Origin: a virus
Taxonomy: Duplodnaviria > Caudoviricetes
IMG/VR virus record: IMGVR_UViG_3300047555_000022
Coordinates: 1-52,583 of that record
Reading direction: 5' to 3' (one strand)
Length of the DNA: 52,583 bases
The first letter of the stretch is position 1, and the number at the start of each line of letters is the position of its first letter. Shown piece by piece: positions 18,495 through 28,125 of the stretch. The notes beneath the pieces are model-generated. The model was given only the letters and a program-made list of their open reading frames with translations. It did no database searches and was not told where the DNA came from. The translations under genes were made by a program, and so were the position numbers.

Positions 18495-19804
18495 AGCCAC
18501 CAAACAACGTTGAATCAGAATCTGATTTTTTAAAAGGTCTTATTGAGCATAAAGATATTATTGAATCATTGAAGCTATCAAATAATGTTCGTGATATATT
18601 TTACACGGAAACAGGTTCTAAGGTTTATGATTTAATAGTGTCGCTTTATGATAGAGGGGCTTTAACAATAAATGTTTTAATAATTGAACTTCAAAAAATT
18701 GGGCTAAGAAAAAAAGTAATGGAGTTGTACCCAGAATTATTGTTAGACCGAAAATTTATAAACCTTGAAGTATTAAAAGAGACATTTCGAGCATTGTCAG
18801 ACCTTACTAATCAACGTTTAGCATTAAATGCAATTTTAGGCTCAATAGATGATTTGGACAATGGAAATGTTGAAGGTGTTGTTGAACGTGCTGAGAATGT
18901 AGTTGAAGCACTTAAAAATAATAACCTTGATATTATTGATTATGGCATTGCTAACCACATGAATAAGGCAATAGAGCGAATCAATATAATGACTGAAAAT
19001 CCTATTGGATTATTCCCTAAGTCTGGTCTTAATTCATTGAATGGCTTAATTCCATATTGGTATGATTCAGATATTATTTTAATAGGCGGTCGCCCAGGAA
19101 GCGGTAAGACCATTTGCGGACTAAAACATTCAATTGAAGCAGCAGTACAAGGTTTTGCAGTTGGGTATATTAGCTTAGAAATGCCAGCAACTTCGTTGAT
19201 TATGCGAATGATAAGCACCTATTCATTTATTCCTTACAAACGAATCAAAGAGGGAATTATACACGAACACGAAAAAGAAAGGTTTAATCAATCAGTCGAA
19301 TCAGTTAAGGCTTTGCCGATTTTCTTTTATGATAGCTTCCAAAGAGACATTAAAGACATAACTCGATGGATGCGAATAATGGCAAAGGAAAAAGGCGTAA
19401 AAATGTTTGTCATTGACTACATACAGCTAATTACTGATTCAACTGTAAGCACAGACGAATATTCACAAATTACAGCAGTTTCAAAAAAAGTCAAACAAAT
19501 TCAAATGGAATTGGCTGTTCCAATTATTGAACTTGCCCAGTTAAACCGTGAAGTTGAAGGAACAACGAGCAAAAGACCATCAACAAAAAACCTTCGTGGT
19601 TCGGGTCAATTAGAACAAGATGCAAGTGTAATTATTATGCTTCATCGTTCAGATTTTTATGGCTTTGAAGAAGCTAAAAAAACAAATGCGTTCTATGAAG
19701 CTGAAAACACGATAGAGTATATTATTCAAAAAAACCGTGATGGTGGTATTGATTCTGTACTTCTCCACTGTGAACCAGCTTTTAATTTAATCAAAGACCT
19801 ATGA
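18419..19804 (+). CDS. dnaB: DnaB-like replicative helicase
   Basis: GGRPGSGKT, SLEM, IDYIQL, QLNR, LRGSGQLEQDA and KNRDG motifs. Confidence 0.95.
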   Translation: MQTHTKTDITRSRSISDRLLAKYSIEPPNNVESESDFLKGLIEHKDIIESLKLSNNVRDIFYTETGSKVYDLIVSLYDRGALTINVLIIELQKIGLRKKVMELYPELLLDRKFINLEVLKETFRALSDLTNQRLALNAILGSIDDLDNGNVEGVVERAENVVEALKNNNLDIIDYGIANHMNKAIERINIMTENPIGLFPKSGLNSLNGLIPYWYDSDIILIGGRPGSGKTICGLKHSIEAAVQGFAVGYISLEMPATSLIMRMISTYSFIPYKRIKEGIIHEHEKERFNQSVESVKALPIFFYDSFQRDIKDITRWMRIMAKEKGVKMFVIDYIQLITDSTVSTDEYSQITAVSKKVKQIQMELAVPIIELAQLNREVEGTTSKRPSTKNLRGSGQLEQDASVIIMLHRSDFYGFEEAKKTNAFYEAENTIEYIIQKNRDGGIDSVLLHCEPAFNLIKDL

Positions 19805-19883
19805 AATCGCAATTTCAAATGTGTCCTGATGAGATACTACTACTCGAACAAAACAACCAACCTTTTAACGGAAAAATGACAGA

Positions 19884-20246
19884 ATGAAAAACGAGATACC
19901 CGACAAAAAGATAGATGATATTTATATTTTCTTAACTACCGCACAGTTTTTACTTGATTTCACAGAGGAAAATTTCATTGATAATCGTTGGGCTGGCGGA
20001 GACTTGAAAAATAGTTTAAAAACAACAATGGCAAAACTCCAAAAGGTTACATCAATCCCTTTTATTGAATGCTCAACGAAAGCCACGCCCGAAATGGTAG
20101 AGCAACACGTAACAGGCTCATATTTAGCTGAACAAGGTTTTAGAGTGGCGTTAAAGTTTGACAGATTATCTAACGAGGATAAATTAAAGTTTCAAGCACG
20201 ATATGAGAACTTGATGAAATCCTTTAATTTAATGGTGCATGGCTGA
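19884..20246 (+). CDS. Hypothetical protein
   Basis: ORF track. Confidence 0.6.
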   Translation: MKNEIPDKKIDDIYIFLTTAQFLLDFTEENFIDNRWAGGDLKNSLKTTMAKLQKVTSIPFIECSTKATPEMVEQHVTGSYLAEQGFRVALKFDRLSNEDKLKFQARYENLMKSFNLMVHG

Positions 20247-20427
20247 TTTTATCATCGACCCGAAAAACCAAGAAAGTAAACAAATACTTTACGAACATTT
20301 GAAAAGTTTCAATAAGCCGTTTTTGGTCAAAACTGAAAAGATTCAAAAACGTAGCATCGACTGGAATAAGTATTATTTTGGTGTTGTGGTGAACTACCAC
20401 GAGCCTAAAGGCATCGTGGCTTTGTAA
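20239..20427 (+). pseudogene. NinB-like gene truncated by an IS200/IS605-type end
   Basis: KRSIDWNKYYFGVV parallels KR*NPQNRYYHGVV at 23104; similarity stops at the IS-like hairpin. Confidence 0.55.
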
Positions 20428-20470
20428 GTCAATACTTCCACCATCGTGGGTAGGGGTTTTTACCAATTTA
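20389..20470 (-). mobile_element. IS200/IS605 (TnpB-type) right-end remnant
   Basis: Minus strand reads AAGCCACGATGCCTTTAGGCTCGTGGTAGTTCAC: a subterminal bulged hairpin plus TAGTTCAC end. No tnpA or tnpB in the genome. Confidence 0.6.
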
Positions 20471-20574
20471 ATTTTATAATAAATTAATATTTTTCTATAA
20501 ATTTATTACGAATTTATTTGTAATTACAAATAAATGTTATACCTTTGACATACATTAAAACAGCCTAAAGTAAA

Positions 20575-20781
20575 ATGATATTCATAATTGAAGGAAAATA
20601 CAATTTGAGTGCTATTATGGTAATGGCACATAAATTCAAGGAAGGGTTTAGAAGCTTTTCCGCTGCTTTAAAAAAAGTATGGAAAATGGCACAAGATGCC
20701 ATGTTCTCATTTAATCACTCAAAAATGATGAGTGATAATAATAAGTCTGCCGACTTGTCAGGTTGGACTAAATTTTCATAA
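20575..20781 (+). CDS. Hypothetical protein with its own promoter and terminator
   Basis: TACCTTTG box at ~20540; terminator GTCCCCT/AGGGGAC at ~20813-20842. Confidence 0.6.
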   Translation: MIFIIEGKYNLSAIMVMAHKFKEGFRSFSAALKKVWKMAQDAMFSFNHSKMMSDNNKSADLSGWTKFS

Positions 20782-21257
20782 AAAATTAAAAGTGAGTTAG
20801 GGATTACAAAATGTCCCCTTCGATTGTGAGGGGACTATTTTTCTAACCACTTAAACGATATTTCTCACTTTAAAATAAAAACCTCATGAAGTTCTATTTA
20901 AAATTAAAAAGCAATACAGATTCATCTATAATCGAGATAGAATCTGTATTTGATAAATTCGATGAAGTATTAGCTTCATCACAGTATTTTTGCATTGTAA
21001 AACAATGCACGCTAATCGCAATCATTTACAAATGAGAGAACGAGACTTAGGCAAGGTTCGGAAAACAGCAATATCCGAACTAAAATACAATCAGTTCAAT
21101 CACGTGTACAAAGCGAAATACGCACACAAGAGCCTCACATTGAGTTTATTGTGTACGATTCAATAAAACCTACCAAGCAACTAGTAAGGCTTGACAAGGT
21201 AGAGTTAAAAAAAGCCTTTTGGGACGAAAAAGGCATCACTTTTAAACAATTATCAAG

Positions 21258-21533
21258 ATGAAAAAAAGTTACGTTTATGTTTATGTCGTTTTGACAAAAA
21301 ACGACATACAAAAAGCCCTTACTAAGGGCATAAATTCTTTATGGAATTACTTTGGCGACCTAATGTTGCCAAAGATATTAGGAGGGGGAACGCTCCTGTT
21401 TTTGTCAATCATGTTCTTGCGAGCCTTGCAGCAGCAAGAACACTTGCCATTTATTAGCATAATGTTGAGTGTTCCATTCGCTTTGTTGTTACTCGTTATT
21501 GCGGTAACAATTTTGACAACAAAAGGCGACTAA
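21258..21533 (+). CDS. Membrane protein (2 TM)
   Basis: Two hydrophobic helices. Confidence 0.55.
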   Translation: MKKSYVYVYVVLTKNDIQKALTKGINSLWNYFGDLMLPKILGGGTLLFLSIMFLRALQQQEHLPFISIMLSVPFALLLLVIAVTILTTKGD

Positions 21534-21546
21534 CAATGAATTTGAT

Positions 21547-21589
21547 TTCACGGAACGGTTTTTAGGGGTTCGATTCCCCTCCGTGAGCA
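21547..21589 (+). ncRNA. Mini tRNA-like element (acceptor stem + T arm only)
   Basis: TTCACGG...AGGGG-TTCGATT-CCCCT-CCGTGAG-CA. Confidence 0.55.
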
Positions 21590-21622
21590 ATGCAATTTTG
21601 CAGTATTTAAAATCGTACAATT

Positions 21623-21982
21623 ATGTCAGAATTAGTGATTAAAGGCACTATAAAGAGCATCGGAGATGTTCAAGTAGTTTCTGAAAAGTTTCAAAAGGTT
21701 GAGTTTGTTATCATAACAGATGGCAAATACCCAAAATTAGTAGCTTTTCAAGTAACAAATGATAAGATAGACAATTTTATCAAGTACAACTCAGAGGGTC
21801 AAGTTGTTGAAGTAAAATTTAACGTTGAAAGTAAAGAGTTCAACGGTCGATGGTTTACAAACTTGACAGCGTGGCGTGTTCAATCGGTGGGTGATAATGC
21901 ACAGCCGACACAAGAACAAACGTCTGAAACAATTTATTCAGCTCCACCAGTAGAAGGAGAGAACTCGGATTTTCCGTTTTAA
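21623..21982 (+). CDS. ssb: ssDNA-binding protein (DUF3127-like OB fold)
   Basis: OB-fold pattern (VEVKFNVESKEFNGRWFTNLTAWRV) and acidic tail ending SDFPF. Confidence 0.8.
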   Translation: MSELVIKGTIKSIGDVQVVSEKFQKVEFVIITDGKYPKLVAFQVTNDKIDNFIKYNSEGQVVEVKFNVESKEFNGRWFTNLTAWRVQSVGDNAQPTQEQTSETIYSAPPVEGENSDFPF

Positions 21983-21993
21983 CCTATACAACT

Positions 21994-22629
21994 ATGGAAA
22001 AGAAAAATATTTATCAAAAATTGCTTGAAATTCAGCAAAAGATAAACGGTCTTGGGAAGGACAAAGACACGAAAACCCAGTATAACCCTAACGGATATAA
22101 ATACGTAACAGGAGATAAGGTTTTAGGAGAAGTCAAGCCTTTAATGAATAGCTTAGGCTTGATTTTGAAACAAGAAATTTTATCTATCGAGAATCAACGA
22201 CAAGATTATGCCACAAAAAGCGGTCAAAAATCGGAAATTCTTTCAAAAGTAATGATGCGTTTTACTTGGATTGACTGCGAAACAGGAGAAAAAGACGAAA
22301 ATCTTTTTGGGGCAAACGGTCAAAACGATTGGGAAAAAGGTTTAGGTTCAGCATTGACTTATGCTGAGAGATATTTTTTATTGAAATTCTTTCATATAGC
22401 AACTGATGAAGACGATATTGACAATGCTGATAGGGTAACAAAATCACCAATTGCACCACTTGCAACAACAACACAAACAAATCCTTTGCCATATTTGAAT
22501 GAAGGAACTATTGAATGGACAAAATGCGTATCCGCTTTGAAGGGAGAATTTACGATTTTAGATATTAAGAAAAAATATCGAATCACTAAGGAGAAAGAAG
22601 ATAAGTTAATCAATGAATCATTAACATAA
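21994..22629 (+). CDS. erf: ERF-family ssDNA-annealing protein
   Basis: GSALTYAERYFL...DEDDID signature. Confidence 0.85.
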   Translation: MEKKNIYQKLLEIQQKINGLGKDKDTKTQYNPNGYKYVTGDKVLGEVKPLMNSLGLILKQEILSIENQRQDYATKSGQKSEILSKVMMRFTWIDCETGEKDENLFGANGQNDWEKGLGSALTYAERYFLLKFFHIATDEDDIDNADRVTKSPIAPLATTTQTNPLPYLNEGTIEWTKCVSALKGEFTILDIKKKYRITKEKEDKLINESLT

Positions 22630-22649
22630 TTATAAACAACCCCTGTGTA

Positions 22650-23102
22650 ATGCAGGGGCTTATCTCAATGAATACATTACTGACATATGAAAGTAGTTCT
22701 CCGATTGCGGAATACTCAAAAGTTGAAATTGAACAACTTTCAACAAAACAAGCGGAAGAAATAATTCTTTCGGGTGCAGCTGAAAAATCGTGGGCGTTTT
22801 TGTCTAAATTAGAATATTTGATTGCTCAAACAAAAGAAAGAATCAAAGAAAGTGCCATTGCCGAAATTGATAAAGGCAACGATTTTGGCTTTGGTGTTAA
22901 AATGAAAGTTTTCGAGCGAGAAACACCTTCTTACAAAAATAGCACGCCATGGCTTAAAATAGATGCTGCAAGAAAAGACCTTGAAAAGTTTTTAAAGTCG
23001 CTTAAAGATACTGTTTCAGTACTTGATGAAGATACTGGGGAGATTGTACTGCACGAGCCCCCTGTAATTTCTCGAAGTGTTTATATTAAAAACGATTTTT
23101 AA
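22650..23102 (+). CDS. Hypothetical protein
   Basis: ORF track. Confidence 0.6.
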   Translation: MQGLISMNTLLTYESSSPIAEYSKVEIEQLSTKQAEEIILSGAAEKSWAFLSKLEYLIAQTKERIKESAIAEIDKGNDFGFGVKMKVFERETPSYKNSTPWLKIDAARKDLEKFLKSLKDTVSVLDEDTGEIVLHEPPVISRSVYIKNDF

Positions 23103-23103
23103 C

Positions 23104-23478
23104 ATGGATGTTATTGTAAATTTTGACAAAATAGAAAGTAAGAAATCTTTTTACGACACGCTCAAAATCCTGACTGGCGTTAAGCTAATCAAAATTGAGA
23201 AGTACAGTAAAAAGCGGTAGAATCCTCAAAATAGATATTACCATGGTGTTGTGTTGAAATATCTATCTGAAACAACAGGATTTTCTGTTTCAGAAATGCA
23301 CGAAGTTCTAAAGGCGAAGTTTCTGTCTTATGAAAGAGCCAATAGGATTACAGGTGAAGTAGTTCAGTTCGGGCGTTCGACCACCGAACTGAATACGTTA
23401 CAATATGAAGAATTTCTTGAACAAGTGAGAATCTTTGCCATCAATCAACTTGATTGTCTTATTCCCACTGCCAAATGA
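23104..23478 (+). pseudogene. NinB-like gene with an in-frame TAG at 23218-23220
   Basis: MDVIVNFD...KKR*NPQNRYYHGVVL...MHEVLK...STTELNT is continuous in one frame apart from the stop. Confidence 0.6.
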
Positions 23479-23533
23479 AATAATAAATGGATAATATATT
23501 ATTATTTGATGTTGAAAGCACATCATTACAATT

Positions 23534-24004
23534 ATGTTAGTAACATTAAATACAGATGCAAGTTTTCATTGTCAATTGAAATATGGGGCTTTCGCATTTT
23601 GGGCAGTATCTAATGAATTTAAAATTACCAAAAGCGGTGTTTTTAAAAGTAAGTGTATCAACCTTGATGACGCAGAAGCTAAGTGTATTATCAATGCTTT
23701 AAAAATTGTTTTATTAGCTCATAATGGCATTACAAAAGTTATTGTAAATACAGATTCATTAAATGCAATTGCACTTTTAAAATACGATAAGGTTCATATG
23801 AAAAAGTATATGGGCAACAATATGAAAATGTGGTCGCACATTCGATACGCTTATAACAAAGTTTTACACGAAAGTAAAAACAAAGCTGTAATTGAATTTC
23901 GCCACGTCAAAGCACATACTGGGATAAATGATAAAAGAAGCTATGTCAATGAGTGGTGCGATTCAGAGGCAAAGAAACAATTGCGTAGGGTGGCAATGAA
24001 TTAG
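23534..24004 (+). CDS. RNase H (HI-like) family nuclease
   Basis: NTDAS, DAEA, VNTDS, HVKAHTG and NEWCD motifs. Confidence 0.85.
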   Translation: MLVTLNTDASFHCQLKYGAFAFWAVSNEFKITKSGVFKSKCINLDDAEAKCIINALKIVLLAHNGITKVIVNTDSLNAIALLKYDKVHMKKYMGNNMKMWSHIRYAYNKVLHESKNKAVIEFRHVKAHTGINDKRSYVNEWCDSEAKKQLRRVAMN

Positions 24005-24047
24005 CAACTGATTGGTATTTAAAAGATTTAAAAACACTAAAATCATT

Positions 24048-24311
24048 ATGAAAAACAAAGTCAATAAATACTCAGATGCACAAGTTGTAAGGCTTTACAA
24101 TAGGCGAATTACAGTAACTAAAAAAGAAGACAAAATTTGTGTCTTATTACAAGCTGTATTGCCAACAGAGGAACTAAACTTTAATGGCTGTGGTATTCGT
24201 GGGAGCTTTAAACAAACGTGTTTTGGTTTAACAAGAGAGGCTGCAATGGCTTTGTGTTATTCCTTGAATGAAGTTTTAAATATGCAGCCTGTGTCCCAAA
24301 GTAACAGCTAA
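24048..24311 (+). CDS. Hypothetical protein ending in the first attC-like site
   Basis: TAA stop lies inside AGCTAAC. Confidence 0.55.
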   Translation: MKNKVNKYSDAQVVRLYNRRITVTKKEDKICVLLQAVLPTEELNFNGCGIRGSFKQTCFGLTREAAMALCYSLNEVLNMQPVSQSNS

Positions 24312-24480
24312 CACTTTGTTATGGGCAGTACGGTCAAATGTTCGGGAACTTCCGTCAGCCTAAACAAATGCTAAAAATGTTTGAACTAACCCGATGCTGA
24401 ATAGAATTACTAAACTTTAAAATTAAAAACGAATGTTGATAGAAGAACTAAACAGCCATTTTGCCAAACCCGTGTTATCG
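24306..24480 (+). repeat. attC-like site 1 (arms poorly matched)
   Basis: AGCTAAC...GTTATCG; contains the family motifs ACTTCCGTCAGCC and AATAGAATTAC. Confidence 0.55.
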
Positions 24481-25170
24481 GCTGGCGTTTTACGAGTTTT
24501 GATTGCTTGTGAGGAAAGTCAAACAGTAACAAAAGAATTTAGAAAATTAGGACACGAAGCGTTTTCGTGTGATATAATTCCGTGTAGCGGTGGACACCCC
24601 GAATGGCATATCCAACACGATGTAACAGATATATTAAAATTGAAGTGGGATATAATAATAGCACACCCACCTTGCACACATTTAGCCGTAAGTGGGTCAA
24701 GACACTTCGTGAAAAAACGTGCTGATGGCAGACAACGTGAAGCAATAGATTTCTTTATGAAATTTTTAGATGTTGATTGCAAATTAGTTGCAGTTGAAAA
24801 TCCAATAGGTATTATAAGTGGAAATTATGTTAAAGAACATTTTACTGATTTAGCTGAAAAATACGGATTACCAATTAAACACCAACAAATCATTCAACCG
24901 TTTGAATATGGCGACCCTGTAAAAAAATCAACTTGCTTATGGTTAAAAGGTTTACCAAAATTAGAACCTACAAACAATGTAGCTGACGAAGTTAAATACT
25001 ATGTAGATAGTAGAGGAATAAAACAAAGTGAATGGAATGTTAGACAGCTTGAAATTGATGGCAAAAAATACGGATATGATACAGCAGAATTTAAAAAACA
25101 TCGTTCAAAAACGTTTGATGGAATTGCAAATGCCATGGCTTTGCAGTGGTCGTCTTACGCTTGCCGATAA
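24433..25170 (+). CDS. DNA cytosine-C5 methyltransferase-like protein (cassette 1)
   Basis: RVLIACEES, AHPPCT (catalytic PC), VENP, RSKTF.GIA.AMA.QW motifs. Confidence 0.85.
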   Translation: MLIEELNSHFAKPVLSAGVLRVLIACEESQTVTKEFRKLGHEAFSCDIIPCSGGHPEWHIQHDVTDILKLKWDIIIAHPPCTHLAVSGSRHFVKKRADGRQREAIDFFMKFLDVDCKLVAVENPIGIISGNYVKEHFTDLAEKYGLPIKHQQIIQPFEYGDPVKKSTCLWLKGLPKLEPTNNVADEVKYYVDSRGIKQSEWNVRQLEIDGKKYGYDTAEFKKHRSKTFDGIANAMALQWSSYACR

Positions 25171-25256
25171 CGAAGGTATTTAAGAAGGACGGCTGTGAAC
25201 AAACGTGGCGTACGCTAACCAACTGTCTGCCGTCTTTCTGAAATACAATGTTAGTG
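25165..25256 (+). repeat. attC-like site 2
   Basis: CGATAAC; arms GTATTTAAGAAGGACGGC/GCCGTCTTTCTGAAATAC; GTTAGTG. Confidence 0.8.
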
Positions 25257-25301
25257 GCTGGCTTTTTTGTCAGATGTGCTTGGAAATACGAAATAACTTT
25301 G

Positions 25302-25421
25302 TATATTTGCATACGGTTTCAACGCCAAAAATGCTTTAAGATATTTTACCTTTGTAGGTTTAGTCGTTGGGTTTTAAGCAACCCTGTTGAAGCGATGAAA
25401 ACCTACAAAGGTATTTTTTTT
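25302..25421 (+). ncRNA. Antirepressor leader RNA A
   Basis: TATATTTG box; 15-bp stem TACCTTTGTAGGTTT/AAACCTACAAAGGTA followed by T8; GTTTCAACG pairs with TGTTGAAGC. Confidence 0.7.
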
Positions 25422-25432
25422 GTAATACCAAA

Positions 25433-26152
25433 ATGGAATTAATCAAAGTAACAACTACCGAAAAAAGTAACACAGTGTCTGCAAGAGAATTGTATGAGTT
25501 TTTAGAAGTGAAAACTCAATTCACAAAATGGTGTGAAAGAATGTTTGAATATGGATTTGAGGAAAACAAGGACTATTTATTGGTTAGTCAAAAAAGACTA
25601 ACCAATAATCCAAAGAATCCTTTCGCAACAGAATCAGACTACGCTCTCACGCTTGACACAGCAAAAGAAATATCAATGCTCCAACGTTCTGAAAAAGGTA
25701 AGCAAGCAAGGCAATATTTTCTCGAATGTGAAAAACAACTTAAAGGAAAAACTCCATCATACCAAATTGAGGACAAAATACAACGTGCAAAGGTTTGGAT
25801 AGAAGAAGAAGAAAATAGACTGCTATTGCAAGAAAAGAACGAGAAACTACAATTTAGGTCAGACTTTGTGGATGTTTGTTTCGATACGAATGGAATGTTT
25901 TCAATGGAAGAAACCGCAAAGATTTTTAAATTGCCTTTTGGAAGAAACGAAATGATGAAGCAACTAAGAGATAAAGGCATATTGACAAAAGAATCAAATA
26001 CTCCTACTCAAAAGTACGTTTCAAATGGATATTTCAAAGTAGTTGAAACTATGGTAGAAAATGGTGCTTTCAAAAAATTAGTTTCAACTACCTACGCAAC
26101 GCAAAAAGGAATTGGATATATTCACAAATTGTTCAAGAACGAACTTGTTTAG
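25433..26152 (+). CDS. Antirepressor-family protein: AntA/AntB + KilAC/ANT (cassette 2)
   Basis: VSARELYEFLEV... N-domain; GRNEMMKQLRDKGIL...PTQKYV..GYF...TQKG C-domain. Confidence 0.85.
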   Translation: MELIKVTTTEKSNTVSARELYEFLEVKTQFTKWCERMFEYGFEENKDYLLVSQKRLTNNPKNPFATESDYALTLDTAKEISMLQRSEKGKQARQYFLECEKQLKGKTPSYQIEDKIQRAKVWIEEEENRLLLQEKNEKLQFRSDFVDVCFDTNGMFSMEETAKIFKLPFGRNEMMKQLRDKGILTKESNTPTQKYVSNGYFKVVETMVENGAFKKLVSTTYATQKGIGYIHKLFKNELV

Positions 26153-26157
26153 CTTGC

Positions 26158-26354
26158 CACTAACGAACAGGGCTTTGCGGTCGTTTGGGAATTTGAAAAA
26201 CGTCCGATTGGAACTGCTGCTGAATAAAATTACTAATGATTAAAATACTTACAAATGCACAATAAAGAACGTCAAGCCGAAACAGAAGTTGATAGCGAAC
26301 AAATGCCCATTGATACAACGTCAAGCCCAAATGCCGCAAAACCCAATGTTGTAC
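26158..26354 (+). repeat. attC-like site 3
   Basis: CACTAAC; arms GGGCTTTGCGG(T)CGTTTGGG/CCCAAATGCCGCAAAACCC; GTTGTAC. Confidence 0.8.
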
Positions 26355-26545
26355 GCTGCTTTTGTATGGTCTGCGGTAATGAATTTCAAGGTGAAGAACC
26401 TAAAATGTGTTGTAGTGGTAGAGATTGTGGATGTATGGGAATGCCTATCGACCCTGTCGTTTGTTCTGATGAATGTTATAATAATTTACCAATGTTTAAA
26501 AACAGAAATGATGAAAAACAAAAAGTCGTATTGGATGAAAAGTAA
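26255..26545 (+). CDS. Cys-rich small protein (cassette 3); starts within site 3
   Basis: CMVC, CCSGRDCGC and CSDEC motifs. Confidence 0.65.
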   Translation: MHNKERQAETEVDSEQMPIDTTSSPNAAKPNVVRCFCMVCGNEFQGEEPKMCCSGRDCGCMGMPIDPVVCSDECYNNLPMFKNRNDEKQKVVLDEK

Positions 26546-26678
26546 AGAAGGCAATGTCGCAAGTGTAACTTTTGAAGGAAGTAGAAAGCCGTCAAAAAAA
26601 ACAGTTGAAGCATTAAGCACAATGATTGATTTGGCTTTTCATAAACTTTCAAAGGAAAGTAAGCTGTCCGCTAAGTAG
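26508..26678 (+). CDS. Small basic hypothetical protein (cassette 3)
   Basis: 3' part of ORF 26289..26678, from MMKNKK. Confidence 0.5.
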   Translation: MMKNKKSYWMKSKEGNVASVTFEGSRKPSKKTVEALSTMIDLAFHKLSKESKLSAK

Positions 26679-26679
26679 C

Positions 26680-26772
26680 GTACAACGAAGGTATTTAAGA
26701 AGGACGGCAGGGAGTGAACTTTGCGAAACGCCAACCAACTGTCTGCCGTCTTTCTGAAATACTATGTTGGTG
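26680..26772 (+). repeat. attC-like site 4 (close paralogue of site 2)
   Basis: GTACAAC; same arms as site 2; GTTGGTG. Confidence 0.8.
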
Positions 26773-26820
26773 GCTGGCTATATTTTTGTTCCATGTTCTT
26801 GGAAATACCAAATAACTTTG

Positions 26821-26937
26821 TATATTTGTGCATGGTTTCGCAGCCAAAAGAAAAATAAGACATTTAGGCGTTGTTCTGTTAGGATTGGGTTATTTTTTCA
26901 CCCTTGCGAAGTCCAAAACAGAACAATGCCTTTTTTT
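26821..26937 (+). ncRNA. Antirepressor leader RNA D
   Basis: TATATTTG box; stem AGGCGTTGTTCTGTT/AACAGAACAATGCCT followed by a T run; TTCGCAG pairs with TTGCGAA and GAAAAA with TTTTTC. Confidence 0.7.
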
Positions 26938-26946
26938 GTAAACAAA

Positions 26947-27690
26947 ATGCAACATATTGAAATTTTCAAGTACAATGAAACCCCAATTGAGTTTGAGGTA
27001 ATCAATGGAGAAGTTTTTGCAAATGCAACAATCATGTGTAAAGCCTTTGAAAAAAGACCCACAAAATGGTTAGAGTTAGAATCTACAAAACGATACATTG
27101 AGGCATTAAAAGTGAAGTCCTCAAATAGTACATCACTAATTGAGGTTAGAAAAGGAAACTCAACAGAATTTTCACAAGGAACTTGGATTCACGAGAAGTT
27201 GATTTTGAAATTAGCAACATGGTTAGATGTTAATTTCGAACTATGGTGCGATGAAAAAGTTACTGAATTATTAAAAAATGGGAAGGTTGAATTGAAACCC
27301 AAAACGCAAATTGAAATTTTGTTAGAAAGTGTTCAAATGTTAGCAAGCATTGAACAAAAGCAAAATGACATGGATTTGAGAATAACGGCAATTGAGCAAA
27401 CAAATCAACTTGCCTTAGCCGAGTTGAATCATATTGAAAGGAGTACGGAGGAAGTTCCCGAAATTGGCATAAGATTGAAAATTAATCAAATAGTAAGAGC
27501 CTATTCGGAAAAAACAGGAATTGCATATCAAGATATTTGGCGGTCAATGTATTCAAAGATGTTATACGCATATCGCTTCAATCCGAATGCCTATAAGAAA
27601 TTGCATGACAAAGAAACCAAGTTAGATATAATCGAAAGGGAAAATCAACTCGATAATCTCTTTGCTATTGTTTCAAAGGAACTTGTTTAG
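26947..27690 (+). CDS. KilA-N domain + ORF6C-like C-domain protein (cassette 4)
   Basis: NATIMCKAFEKRPTKWL...QGTWIHEKL...ATWL..NFELWCD. True start is MQHIEIF at 26947. Confidence 0.85.
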   Translation: MQHIEIFKYNETPIEFEVINGEVFANATIMCKAFEKRPTKWLELESTKRYIEALKVKSSNSTSLIEVRKGNSTEFSQGTWIHEKLILKLATWLDVNFELWCDEKVTELLKNGKVELKPKTQIEILLESVQMLASIEQKQNDMDLRITAIEQTNQLALAELNHIERSTEEVPEIGIRLKINQIVRAYSEKTGIAYQDIWRSMYSKMLYAYRFNPNAYKKLHDKETKLDIIERENQLDNLFAIVSKELV

Positions 27691-27695
27691 CTTGC

Positions 27696-27891
27696 CACTA
27701 ACGAAAAAGGCTTTGTGTCAGGCAATGGAATTGAAATACGTCTGACCGAACCAAAGCTAAATAGAGTTACAAAAGATAAAAATTATTACAAATGAACAAT
27801 AAAGAACTTCTGCCCGAACCGCAGCCAAATAGTGAACAAATGCCGATTGATAGCACTTCTGCCATTGCTTGCACAAAACCCAATGTTGTAC
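27696..27891 (+). repeat. attC-like site 5 (paralogue of site 3)
   Basis: CACTAAC; arms GGCTTTGTG(T)CAGGCAATGG/CCATTGCTTGCACAAAACC; GTTGTAC. Confidence 0.8.
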
Positions 27892-28106
27892 GCCGTTTTT
27901 TCTTCGTGTGTACAGCAGGTAGAGAGTTTAACAATAGTATGTCATTTAATGCTTTTGATATTAAAACAGACGATGGTAATTACCCAACTTATAGAAAATG
28001 TTTAGAAGTTTCCGAAACAAAATATCCAAACCAAAGGTCGGTTACACTTTTAAGTATTTCAGAAGTACCAAAAGAAGATTGGGAACATTTTGTATCTATT
28101 CAATAA
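27792..28106 (+). CDS. Hypothetical protein (cassette 5); starts within site 5
   Basis: N-terminus resembles that of 26255 up to KPNVVR, then is unrelated. Confidence 0.6.
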   Translation: MNNKELLPEPQPNSEQMPIDSTSAIACTKPNVVRRFFFVCTAGREFNNSMSFNAFDIKTDDGNYPTYRKCLEVSETKYPNQRSVTLLSISEVPKEDWEHFVSIQ

Positions 28107-28125
28107 CAATTAAAAAATAAAAATT

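Noticed and set aside
20886-21260. Two short ORFs, the second apparently frameshifted near 21125
   Set aside because: Too short and motif-free to support a call without homology searches.
23218-23220. Genome-wide amber recoding
   Set aside because: Many genes end properly at TAG (26152, 27690, 36810), long ORFs are intact in the standard code, and no suppressor tRNA is visible.
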